64,000 bases of DNA from a virus. This document shows, piece by piece, positions 49,901 through 57,618 of this stretch. Position 1 is the first letter of the stretch; the number at the start of each line of letters is the position of its first letter. Both the position numbers and the translations under genes were made by a program. Location: positions 1 to 64,000 of the IMG/VR virus record IMGVR_UViG_3300044922_000409, one strand, 5' to 3'. The notes below the pieces were generated by a model. The model ran no database searches and was not told where the DNA came from. It was given only the letters and a program-made list of their open reading frames with translations.

Positions 49901-52900
49901 AAAGTATGTTTATTAATCAATACGAAGCATTAAAGCAACTAATTGAGCAAACTAACATAGTGTTACGCTCAAATTTAATAGTTGATACTCGTAATATGGC
50001 AAACTTGCACAAGTATGATGAACTTCCAAGTGTAACACGCGGATTATACGACGACATTATTGATACTGATTTAGAATTACGATTTGCAATTGCAAAGTCG
50101 TATATTAAACCAGAAATTACACCAATAATAACAGATAGTGCAATTACTGGAATTATCGTAGTGTCTCCTGGACGCGGGTATTTAATAGCTCCGTATTTTA
50201 CAGTTATTGGCAGCGGTACAGGTGCAATTATTAAATCGGTAATTAATGTAGCTGGTCAAATCATTGGTTGTGAAATTATAAGATCAGGAGTTGGGTATAA
50301 TAGTACTACTACATTAGATATTAGAGATTATTCATTATTAGTTAAAAGTGATTCTGCATCAAATAACGGATGGAGTATATACGCGTATCAATCAGCTACT
50401 GAAACATGGAGTAAGACACTATCTCAAACTTATAATACTACCCGATATTGGGATTTAATTGATTGGTATGCAGATGGATATACACAATTTACAGCAATTA
50501 CTCATTCAATTAATACATATGCTGATTTAAATTTGATTAGTGTTAAAATTGGAGAACATGTAAAAATAAACACAACAAGTTCAAATCGATGGGTTCTGTT
50601 AAAAAAATATGCAAATGTAACATCAGTTGACTGGACACTTTCATATAAAGTTATTGGTAGTCAAAACGGTACAATTCAATTTAACTCATTATTATATGAT
50701 TTTAACGATACAGTAATTGGGTATGATGGATTGTTGTATGATTCTGGAGTATTTGATAACGGCGCATCAACCGAGTTACGGATAATTTTAAATTCAATAA
50801 AGGACGATTTATTAATTGACGACTTAAAATCACAATATTTAAGTTTATTTTTCTCTAGCATTCGATATGCAATGTCTGAACAGACATATATTGATTGGAT
50901 TTTTAAAACAAGTTTTGTTAATGTGACTCACAAAGTCGGTAATTTACATCAGTCAGTTACATATCGTAATGATAATTTATCAAATTTTGAGGATTACGTA
51001 TCAGAAGTAACACCGTATAGAAGTCAAATTAGAGAATATGTAAGTTTATATAATAATATTGATGTAGGTAAATTTGCAGTAACCGATTTTGATATGCCAC
51101 CTGCAATTATCAATGGTAGTATTGCCCCTGTAGTTGCGGTAATTAACAGTGATGATGAAATTATAGTATCCTCTGGAAATATAGATAGTTATCCATGGAA
51201 AAGTTGGGCCGATACTGTAGGTTTTTCAGTAGTATCAATAAAATTATTAGATGGAGGTTCTGGATATGTGTCTGAACCGACTATTAAAATTTCTGGAGCA
51301 TCCGGTTCAGATGCTCATGCAACTGCATTTATTTTAAATGGTAAAGTAAATCGAATTAATTTGATAACATATGGCTCAAAATATTTGTCAATACCGACTA
51401 TTTCGTTTGAAGGTGGGTTACGTGCAGGCGGAGTTTCTGCAAGCGCAATTGCAATTTTAGGAAACAGTGTTGTCCGATCTAATCTAGTTGCTGTTAAATT
51501 TGATAGAGTTACATCAACATACGATGCAATTACATTATCTCATACAGAAACATTTGTTGGAACCGGATCAAAATTGCAATTTCCGTTAATATGGGTTCCG
51601 AATGTACAAATTGGGTATTCTAGCGTAACAGTTAATGGAATTTCGGAATTGCGTGATAACTATACACTTCGAATTGTTACTTCTAATATTAACGGAACTG
51701 TAAAGTATTCTGGATCAATAACATTTGTAACAGCACCACCTGTTGGATACGAAATTAATGTAACATATATGAAAGACGTGTCGATGTTAACAGCTGCTGA
51801 TCGTATCCAGTATTTTTATAATTCTCCAGATGGCGGATTAGGACATGAACTATCACAGTTAATGACCGGTGTTGAATACGCCGGTGTGATACTTAGCGGA
51901 AAAGATGTTAATACTGCAAACGGTTGGGGAAGTGGCGGTTATTATACTGATAAATGGGATAGTTATAAATCGGTAATTGATGATTACAGTATAACAGTGT
52001 CTGCTGATGTGCATGATATTCAAATGCCATATGTACCAGTAGTTGGTACTATGCTAAATGTATATTATTATCCAGTAAGTATTGCAGATACATTTAATAC
52101 TGATGGTAGAACGTTAACTTACACCTATTCTAATTATGAACAAGTTCCGACTGTTAATTTATATAAGGTTGTATCAACTTCATTAGTAACTGCAGCTTTA
52201 AGTGATATAATTTATGTAACTTCGGTATACGGCATTAATGTTGGTGATACAGTTACTGATTTTACTAATATCAAATGGACTAAATTATTAAAAGCAACGT
52301 CTACTAGTATTGCTAACGGACATTATTATGTAACATTATCATCGATTGATCAGTTAACTATCGGTATGCCGTTATTATTCTTAGGTAATGAATTTAGCAA
52401 TTTGCAAGACGGATATACATATTATGTTAAAACTATCAGTGCTACTAACCGTATTACAATTAGTGGCACAGTAAGCGGACCTGAAATTGTATTAACTGCT
52501 GATACCGGTAGTATGACAGTAGTAGTTGGTGCATTCAAGTATGATACTACTGTAATTGAAGTTAATAAAATAACTAATGCTGTAACATTATCTCAACCAG
52601 TAAGTACTATTATATTAGAAAATACTTCATTAAAATTTGGTCGAACATTGTCAAAGTATCAAGATTTAGCAAATATCAGTAGAACTAAATTTACATTAAT
52701 GAAAAAATTACCAATTGGCATGATTATAGAAGTATCGGGTACAAGAGAAGCTATTAGACTTGATGATGATAATTATGGTAATATAACTACTATACCTAAA
52801 AATACTAATGCAATCATGTCACCGTATATTGCAGACGGTACCGGCGATATGATTATTATACCTACTAATTATGTAGATGTATACGGAAACACTCGTACAT

Positions 52901-54042
52901 TTACTGTTTCAGCAGGTGACAGGTTTGTGATTCGTAAATCAACTAGTAGCGGCTCTGAAGAATTAATTGATATCGATTCTGCTATTTCGGGGGGCACTTT
53001 TGCAATTGGCTCAGCTGCTGGGATTGCAGCTGATGACATTATCATCGATGGCGATATGTTAACAAATCAAGACACGCACGCCGGACCTGAAGAAGTAGTA
53101 CCCGGACAGGTAATTGATGCAGTTGCTATTACTATATTTGATACAAACGTATCCGGATCGTACATGCAGTTTAAAGACATGTTAAATCGTACACATTTTA
53201 AACGGTTAAACGCATTTAAATATACTACATTAACTACAGCTATATCACAAACTAGTACTACTATAACAGTAGCTGATGCAACAACGTTTGATTTACCAAA
53301 TCCAACAGGTAATAAACCGGGTGTAATTTATGTTAACGGTGAACGAATTGAGTTTTTTACAATTACCGGAAATGTATTAGGGCAATTGCGTAGAGGTACA
53401 TTAGGAACTAGTATTCCTGTAACCCATCCGATAGGTACTAATGTACAAGAAATTAGTACCGGCGAATCGATGCCGGTATCTGATCAAATTATTATGGACC
53501 AGTATGAATCAGATGGTACTAATTTACTTACTATTGCAATTTCTCCTACTAAATCAAAAGATATTTGGAAAACATCAATACCTAATGCTGCATCATACGG
53601 CCAATGTAACGACATTGATGTATATATTGGCGGATATGACGAATCAATATGGGGGTCGTTAGTTTCATATACTGACGGAATGATAGTTAAACACAATAGC
53701 TATACATATAGATGTGTCGAAGATCACATTAGCAGTAGTAGCTTTAGTACAGATATTTCTAAATGGATATTTTTTATTGGTAATATAAAATTAAAAAAAT
53801 CTCCATACAGTATACATAATAGTAATATTAATGCAACAAGTCCCGAGGGTGATATTGCGTTTGATGCTGATTTTTCAGTAGATGGTAAATCTAAGCAAAT
53901 TCGATTAACTAATGTTTTACCGATTGGAACTCAAGTTACTGTTATTAAACGGACAGGAATGTCTTGGAACTTACCAACTACATCTGCAGTTATATCAACG
54001 TTCTTAAATGCAGTACCTGGAAGTCAGTATCTTAACAATTAA
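40975..54042 (+). CDS. Giant multidomain baseplate wedge protein (gp7-like position), 4355 aa
   Basis: Follows gp6 with overlapping stop/start. N-terminal FLPSYYRTDTNKKFL and DKFVNFQDYYWLP, internal FG-GAP-like and WxxxxxYxxGxxVxY repeats, GGSGYxxxPTI repeats, C-terminal NGERIEF...QLRRGTLGT. Confidence 0.8.
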   Translation: MVNKKITLPRSTATDTSNSDNTANFLPSYYRTDTNKKFLHATINQLTQPGTVKKVNGYIGRLNAKASSSADIFINAPTQVRQNYQLEPGLVITDNIDNTVYLKDYQDYINQLRVNGANVFDHSRLNNQEFYSWDPHIDWDKFVNFQDYYWLPNGPNTISISHAATTDQSVFTVTIDTAGLDSAYVFTPNGFNRNPTITLYRGKTYEFNIHSTDNVFSFKTIRTEGTLNRYITPTLDNNSITSGKIIFTVPYNAPDVLFYVSESNIDLGGTISILDINTSGFIDVATEIIGKQSFQMPNGKLLSNGMCLLFTGEVTPALYATGKFYVEGVGTAIKLIPERDLEIIAPYTTSEMILFDATPFDTTPFSDATTFAGNPDYIVINRSSTDKNQWSRYNKWFHKSVIETSAAINGITATVDQSMRAVRPIIEFDANLKLFNFGTTAITDISIIDRYTTDAFSTIEGSLGHTVDNIPLQHGQRIIFTADTDQLVANNVYRVEFIDVKHTTDGFGVSNSRQIRLVLELKPSENQVVLVQQGTISQGTMFWYNGNTWISAQQKTKLNQPPLFDVVDSNAISFGNGAVYPGTTFKGTSVFSYKVGTGIADSKLGFPLSYKNINNIGDINFNFTLLTDMFQYDQSSNTITKTTDVGYLIKTVNGHVNYVNGWQTSSVSNVQPAVRIYRNSEMTNNFDIDIFDTLPALIDISVRVYINGMRSPASNWVIKTTATSVTVGQVPLTQYQIVFNTPVLLTDCVTIKVYSRTPINTNGFYEIPINLQHNPLNGVLTEFTLGEVIDHVDSIIDNIYTGTSFVGIFPGLSNLRDLGNVTQFGTKFVQHSGPLSLPMYHLTSANNVINAIEKSRDDYCKFKRAFMVLAETLGVDTHPINHVNLILRTLNADVPATAPYYFSDMVPYGAYSKIDVTVRDPESNIFSLSKVFSLSELSTSAVLIYVNDRQLLHGKDYTFSNQGFVIVTALLNVADVVSVYEYSTTDGCLIPETPTKLGIWPKYEPKIFLDTTLLTPSRMIQGHDGSLILAYNDYRDDLILELEKRIYNNIKIKYDPTIFDICDMIPSYARTTDYSLDEFNLVLSANYYQWSTHVKKDFSIPSLPGTRNNPFTFNYSSNFAPDGRPTPGFWRGIYQWVYDTDRPHLCPWEMLGISEEPIWWSTVYGLAPYTSDNLVMWNDISNGLVKEPDQPIVKKTKFVKSFLMNYLPVDSNGRLVSPLTNNIASGTSSSDVQLSFKFGDVSPTEAAWRRHSHYPFSVLKTLLLLKPAMTMGLTLDRNRIVRNLTDQLIYLDTGVRIRLADIKLPSVYLSSTRVQTAGLINYLVNYIDCNELSLYNEYKNNLSKVTAQLCYRVGAFTSKEKFNLLLESKSPSSVGNIFIPPEDYKVIMNTSSPIASLVYSGVTITKVEGGFEVTGYSKTQPYFTYYASYYSGSTITVGGISAVYSVWTPYHYYVVGFVVKYNNSYWQTKISHNSTEYFSIDHFTLLPSIPIVGGSKVEFRTRWESTEIIVPYGTKFSSIQEVTDFLLGYGKWLTDQGFVFDDYNDQLGSVSNWETSAKEFIFWTANNWGVSQQLWDDWVPDMLITFDTIVRYTGDYYRAIRTMQEPVFNETDYELINGLSSNGNSVITLSPAATKLQFKTILSVVDDITNPDYVYEMFNAQGSPIHSNLVNSYRSGNIVSYSTTDINAYIYCASFYLVQKEHVIVMNNATMFNDVVYNPESGYKQDKIKVSGYVSIEWNGSLNVPGFIVDSAIIHEWEIWKDYSVGDIVKHQTFYYSASKFLSGTQKFNDLDWIKLTEKPTAKLLPNWNYKATQFTDFYSLDSDNFDAAQQKMAQHLIGYQKRQYLENIIQDDTSEFKFYQGMIIEKGTTNVLNKLFDVLSLDGQESMEFYEEWAIRTGQYGASSAYNTVEFILDEALIRTNPQGVELVTTTQQLDDRIIRQIPSDVYVKPLGYTPYIWPALSSTSSILRSSGHVRADEVTVTIRSPEELTTLDPSVLPINSYVLCTFENASWNVYQIISSKLSLIAITMIDDTTVEITVNSYINFDVDSYVGIKHNSFNSFYKVVSIGTNNFRINIAGLKIPTNVKTISLVTAKSRRVSSIDNMNYTLADLGTSSLLWADNTLANDQTWATWKHQSVYTRNTVFNQQLIDNLKFGKSVASTADGNLAAITTALGEVMIYDRLGSSKPWTLRQVINKPFISSVTPIADTIATVVAISKDGKWLATGSPTASFATVSMPMTGLNVTDINGLNTEYPGQGVVSIYENTNNMFTLVNTVTSPMPQSHENFGLTLEFSIGASQSLFVGTSRSYSTVYRLQYIETIRAGTLYNPNGSTSTSIQVSTTVDIVPGMRIRGTNIDNIVTDVIDDTTIVLNTPLSADPDGNLIFSTLEWNYCNEVYYNDQPGSNYGKLIRVSADGAILVISAPYGYGVFSSGQVYIYEYDIMLNSYILLTTLSSTSSNSHSIMMEQYGQSITVSNNGEYIAVSTQMNTYTVNSNLQWVQMASIGIVYIYERNGSDYNLYYEPIAASDITSGFGTDIQFTNDYSTLVIYSQNTDNTHRMSIDAGTTTFDAAELDTINTTTITYTLTEFGGIDVYDRYGLSWVISERLTTLSLSEDGYGTSIVATPDSILVSSPFAETRVSQYINLQTGIVYDYVKPTNQYSWTINHYPVAKPDVKKIKQAFLYNRSTNKLIKHLDLVDSLQGKNSSIADQEIKFKSFYDPAVYSSQVDNPTWVNDGLVNIDDGIAWTTNQVGALWWDLRTAKFIDSYTDDVVYRNSTCSTLAFGASIDIYEWVETDLLPSEWDAEADTEAGLAIGISGKSLYGDNAFSYCQRYNKLTQRLINTYYFWVKNKITIPSIPGRNLSANTVSNLIANPRGAGYEYLALTGLNSFSLVNVKSLLHHTDAVLSVEFWNGNTVDQNIHSQWKLISTSPRTTIPANIEQKWFDSLCGKDLGNRVVPDQSLPVKLQYGIENRPRQSMFINQYEALKQLIEQTNIVLRSNLIVDTRNMANLHKYDELPSVTRGLYDDIIDTDLELRFAIAKSYIKPEITPIITDSAITGIIVVSPGRGYLIAPYFTVIGSGTGAIIKSVINVAGQIIGCEIIRSGVGYNSTTTLDIRDYSLLVKSDSASNNGWSIYAYQSATETWSKTLSQTYNTTRYWDLIDWYADGYTQFTAITHSINTYADLNLISVKIGEHVKINTTSSNRWVLLKKYANVTSVDWTLSYKVIGSQNGTIQFNSLLYDFNDTVIGYDGLLYDSGVFDNGASTELRIILNSIKDDLLIDDLKSQYLSLFFSSIRYAMSEQTYIDWIFKTSFVNVTHKVGNLHQSVTYRNDNLSNFEDYVSEVTPYRSQIREYVSLYNNIDVGKFAVTDFDMPPAIINGSIAPVVAVINSDDEIIVSSGNIDSYPWKSWADTVGFSVVSIKLLDGGSGYVSEPTIKISGASGSDAHATAFILNGKVNRINLITYGSKYLSIPTISFEGGLRAGGVSASAIAILGNSVVRSNLVAVKFDRVTSTYDAITLSHTETFVGTGSKLQFPLIWVPNVQIGYSSVTVNGISELRDNYTLRIVTSNINGTVKYSGSITFVTAPPVGYEINVTYMKDVSMLTAADRIQYFYNSPDGGLGHELSQLMTGVEYAGVILSGKDVNTANGWGSGGYYTDKWDSYKSVIDDYSITVSADVHDIQMPYVPVVGTMLNVYYYPVSIADTFNTDGRTLTYTYSNYEQVPTVNLYKVVSTSLVTAALSDIIYVTSVYGINVGDTVTDFTNIKWTKLLKATSTSIANGHYYVTLSSIDQLTIGMPLLFLGNEFSNLQDGYTYYVKTISATNRITISGTVSGPEIVLTADTGSMTVVVGAFKYDTTVIEVNKITNAVTLSQPVSTIILENTSLKFGRTLSKYQDLANISRTKFTLMKKLPIGMIIEVSGTREAIRLDDDNYGNITTIPKNTNAIMSPYIADGTGDMIIIPTNYVDVYGNTRTFTVSAGDRFVIRKSTSSGSEELIDIDSAISGGTFAIGSAAGIAADDIIIDGDMLTNQDTHAGPEEVVPGQVIDAVAITIFDTNVSGSYMQFKDMLNRTHFKRLNAFKYTTLTTAISQTSTTITVADATTFDLPNPTGNKPGVIYVNGERIEFFTITGNVLGQLRRGTLGTSIPVTHPIGTNVQEISTGESMPVSDQIIMDQYESDGTNLLTIAISPTKSKDIWKTSIPNAASYGQCNDIDVYIGGYDESIWGSLVSYTDGMIVKHNSYTYRCVEDHISSSSFSTDISKWIFFIGNIKLKKSPYSIHNSNINATSPEGDIAFDADFSVDGKSKQIRLTNVLPIGTQVTVIKRTGMSWNLPTTSAVISTFLNAVPGSQYLNN

Positions 54043-54070
54043 ACTAACAGTTAATATTACTTGATAAATA
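54040..54070 (+). promoter_or_regulatory. Late promoter GATAAATA with an upstream ACAGTTAAT element
   Basis: TAAACTAACAGTTAATATTACTTGATAAATA. Confidence 0.7.
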
Positions 54071-54090
54071 TATGATAAAGAGAGAACACT

Positions 54091-54699
54091 ATGCAGAATA
54101 AAGATATAACAGGATTACATATAGAAGGACACATTAAAATATATGATCCCATTAGTAAAGAAGTATATGTGAATAAACGAAATGCAATTCATTACGAAAA
54201 TATAAGTATTGCATTAGCAAAAAGTATAGCTGACAGAGGACAGGGATTTATTTATGAAATGGGGTTCGGTAATGGCGGAACAACCGTTGACCCAACTGGC
54301 ATTATTACATATTTAACACCTAATAGTTCAGGTTCAAATGCAAGTTTGTATAATGAAACATATTTAAAAATTGTAAATGATCGGTCTATTAATAATACTG
54401 ATCCTACTAGAAATTTTATTGAAACTCGCCATGTTACTGGAATGAATTATACTGATGTATTTGTTACATGTTTATTAGATTATACAGAACCAACCGGTCA
54501 AGAGGCATTTGACACATCGTCAAGTAACAACGGAACATTTGTTTTTGACGAATTAGGATTAAAATCATACAATGCAGACGGCACTAGTATGTTATTAACT
54601 CACGTTATTTTTCATCCTGTACAAAAATCATTAAATCGATTAATACAGATTGATTATACCGTTCGTATACAAAGTTTAACAAGTATAGCAGGAGTATAA
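54091..54699 (+). CDS. Baseplate-associated structural protein
   Basis: 202 aa with NKRNAIHYEN, FVFDELGL and THVIFHPVQKSLNRLIQIDYTVRIQ, between the gp7-like gene and the fibre genes. Confidence 0.7.
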   Translation: MQNKDITGLHIEGHIKIYDPISKEVYVNKRNAIHYENISIALAKSIADRGQGFIYEMGFGNGGTTVDPTGIITYLTPNSSGSNASLYNETYLKIVNDRSINNTDPTRNFIETRHVTGMNYTDVFVTCLLDYTEPTGQEAFDTSSSNNGTFVFDELGLKSYNADGTSMLLTHVIFHPVQKSLNRLIQIDYTVRIQSLTSIAGV

Positions 54700-54700
54700 T

Positions 54701-56710
54701 ATGGCATATCAAGTTAAATTTACAGAAGCAACTAACTCAGCTAAGCCGGCAATTGTTGTTGAAGATAAAACAATTAATGCACAAACTGATCTTAACTTTG
54801 TTGGACAAAATTATGCAGGGTATGCTCCAATTCTTGCAGAAAATTTCTTGCATTTGTTGGAAAATTTTGCTAAAAGTACAGCTCCGACTAATCCAGTTGA
54901 AGGTCAGATATGGTATGATAATACCACAGGGGAAAACATACTTAAGGTGTTTGATGGCACCACTTGGAATCCTACTGGATCAATAAAAAAAGCAGTAGCT
55001 GCACCCGATGTTGCAAATAGTACAAATGGTGATTTATGGGTAAATCCTATAACACGACAACTGTATATTTTTTCAGGTATTACCTGGGAATTAATTGGTC
55101 CTCAATTTAGTAGTGGTGTAAAAACAGGCCCATTAGTAGAATTATTTGTTGATACACTAGTTGACGTAACAAATAACCAACCGCATTCAGTAATATCGTT
55201 GTATGCAAGTAACGAAAGATTGGCAATTATAAGTGCTGATTCGTTTATTCCAAAATCGTATACTATTGGATTTGCAACAATTAATCGAGGAATCAATTTA
55301 TCAACTATTAATAGTAGTGCAACTTCTCTTATTAAGTTATGGGGAACTGCACGGTCGGCAGATTCATTAGTAGTTGGCAGTGCAGAAGTTAGTGCTTCAA
55401 ATTTTTTAAGAGCTGATGTTGCATCAACTACTACCGCTGCATTAAATGTGCAATCTGATAGTGGTATCTCAGTTGGTAGTGATTTAAGTTTTAGTATTAA
55501 TGCAACTACATCAGTAATTGGGTTAACTGCAAAAAATAAAAATATTGGCATTAAAGTGCAGGATAATCAAGGTGTGACTACTGTTATTCATGTTGATACA
55601 CAGAAACGAGTAGGAATTGGGTCAAATAATACATCACCGTTATCTACATTAGATGTAGGAGGAGATGCACTCATTCGTACTAGTTTAACTGTTGGTAGTG
55701 TTGACGACGTTGTACCGGGAAGTATTAATTTGTACGGTAACATGACTGTATTTAAAACATCAACATTTAAAGATATTGCAACTTTTGAAAAACCGATACG
55801 TGTTTATAATTTAACCGGCGGAGCAGTTATATTACCGCAATATACCGTGGATCAGTTAGTAGCAAGTCGTCCTATGTACGACATCGGTTCAGCGGTATTG
55901 CCATTTAGAAACATGTATGCTAAGTCATTTGTAGGTGATTTAACAGGTAGTGTAACTGGTACGCTTACTGGAAACGTAACAGGTTCAGCATCTTATTTAA
56001 AGAATGCAGTTAACATGACGTTAACTGGTGACGTTACTACTGCAGCAACACAGTTTAATGGGCAGTCGGATGTTACATTTACAACTACTATTAGTCAAGG
56101 ATTTATTACCTCAAAAGATCCAGCAGATGCATCGTTTGATACTGATCAAATATTAACATTTCGTACTAAAACTGGGCTGCAACGTACTACTAAGGCATTA
56201 TTTTTGCAATCGGTTCCGTCAGTACCAACAGGCGCAATTTTACCATTTGCTGGTTCTATAATACCAGCTGGATATTTGTTATGTGACGGTAGCGAAATAT
56301 TAATTTCGTCATATATTCAATTACATAATACGCTAGGATATGCATATCGAGATCCAACATTGTTAGTTGGTGTTGGAACATTTGCATTACCTGATTTGCG
56401 AGGTAGATTTCCATTAGGTTGTGATAACATGGACAACAAATTAACTATTCTTAATGCTAGTGGTTCTACCGTTAACGCCGGCGGTAATCGAAATGGAACT
56501 ATAGATAACGCTAGTAATGCAGCAAATCGAGTTCAAAATCCAAATTCTAAAAAGACTGGTGCATCTTCAGGTACTGATACATTAGGCATTGCTGCACAAG
56601 CTAATGCAACCGGCGATAAAATGCTAGCAAATTCAAACGGATCTATGTATTCTATTATGAATCCATATCAAACAATAAATTATATCATATTTACCGGAGT
56701 AGTAACCTAA
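54701..56710 (+). CDS. Baseplate-attached short fibre with a tail-collar domain
   Basis: N-terminal GQNYAGY...ENFLHLLENFA...GQIWYD; collar motif VPTGAILPFAG..PAGYLLCDG...FALPDLRGRFPLG; C-terminal MNPYQTINYII. Confidence 0.85.
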   Translation: MAYQVKFTEATNSAKPAIVVEDKTINAQTDLNFVGQNYAGYAPILAENFLHLLENFAKSTAPTNPVEGQIWYDNTTGENILKVFDGTTWNPTGSIKKAVAAPDVANSTNGDLWVNPITRQLYIFSGITWELIGPQFSSGVKTGPLVELFVDTLVDVTNNQPHSVISLYASNERLAIISADSFIPKSYTIGFATINRGINLSTINSSATSLIKLWGTARSADSLVVGSAEVSASNFLRADVASTTTAALNVQSDSGISVGSDLSFSINATTSVIGLTAKNKNIGIKVQDNQGVTTVIHVDTQKRVGIGSNNTSPLSTLDVGGDALIRTSLTVGSVDDVVPGSINLYGNMTVFKTSTFKDIATFEKPIRVYNLTGGAVILPQYTVDQLVASRPMYDIGSAVLPFRNMYAKSFVGDLTGSVTGTLTGNVTGSASYLKNAVNMTLTGDVTTAATQFNGQSDVTFTTTISQGFITSKDPADASFDTDQILTFRTKTGLQRTTKALFLQSVPSVPTGAILPFAGSIIPAGYLLCDGSEILISSYIQLHNTLGYAYRDPTLLVGVGTFALPDLRGRFPLGCDNMDNKLTILNASGSTVNAGGNRNGTIDNASNAANRVQNPNSKKTGASSGTDTLGIAAQANATGDKMLANSNGSMYSIMNPYQTINYIIFTGVVT

Positions 56711-57576
56711 TGAGTTATACAATAAACAGAACTGATGGAACATTATTAACTGAATTAGTAGACGGAACGGTTGATCAAATTTCATCAGATTTAACATTAG
56801 TTGGGAAAAATGCAAGTGCATACGGTGCCTATATAAATGAAAATTTTGTACAATTATTGGAAAATTTTGCCAACTATAAAGCCCCTGCTAAACCAATTCA
56901 AGGTCAATTATGGTTTGATTCTCTTGAAAAACGATTAAAAGTATTTGATGGTTATACGTTTAAATTGAGTGCCGGCACAATTGTAGCCGATGCAGTGCCT
57001 AGCTCGATTGCACAAGGCGACATTTGGATTGATAATAAAAATAAGCAATTATATTTTAACGATGGCGTATCAACAATTTTAGTTGGGCCAACATCAACTA
57101 ATGTAACTGGTTATGCGGTAGAGATTGTACTTGACAATATCGGAGATCCACATACTATAATGTTATTGCGAATATTAACTTCGTTAGTTGGCATATTTAG
57201 TATTGATGCATTTACATTAGGCGATAGTATTGCAGGATATGCTAGATCTAATATTGAAATTGGTTTTAATTTTGCTACTGTATCAAATATTACATATGTT
57301 AATGATCCGGTTATTGATACCGATGCTGCAAATAAGCAATATGTTGATAACTCAATTAAAATAGCTCCGCTTGCTATTTCATTAAACACAACATCAATGG
57401 TTGATACTCATACTGAAATTCCGGATTTATTATCTAAAATTTTCCCAGCATCTGAACATGCAGTAATTGACGTAGTTGGACCAATTTGTAGAGTAGTATG
57501 TACTAACAATATAGTTGTAACAGTTAAGCAATTTGTATTAACTGACAGTGTGTGGACGTGGCAATCTGATTTATGA
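56710..57576 (+). CDS. Baseplate/fibre protein, paralog of its neighbours
   Basis: LVGKNASAYG..INENFVQLLENFA...GQLWFD and DAANKQYVD. Confidence 0.75.
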   Translation: MSYTINRTDGTLLTELVDGTVDQISSDLTLVGKNASAYGAYINENFVQLLENFANYKAPAKPIQGQLWFDSLEKRLKVFDGYTFKLSAGTIVADAVPSSIAQGDIWIDNKNKQLYFNDGVSTILVGPTSTNVTGYAVEIVLDNIGDPHTIMLLRILTSLVGIFSIDAFTLGDSIAGYARSNIEIGFNFATVSNITYVNDPVIDTDAANKQYVDNSIKIAPLAISLNTTSMVDTHTEIPDLLSKIFPASEHAVIDVVGPICRVVCTNNIVVTVKQFVLTDSVWTWQSDL

Positions 57577-57618
57577 TACATAAAAGAATAAATATATTAA
57601 AAATAAGGAATATCTAAA

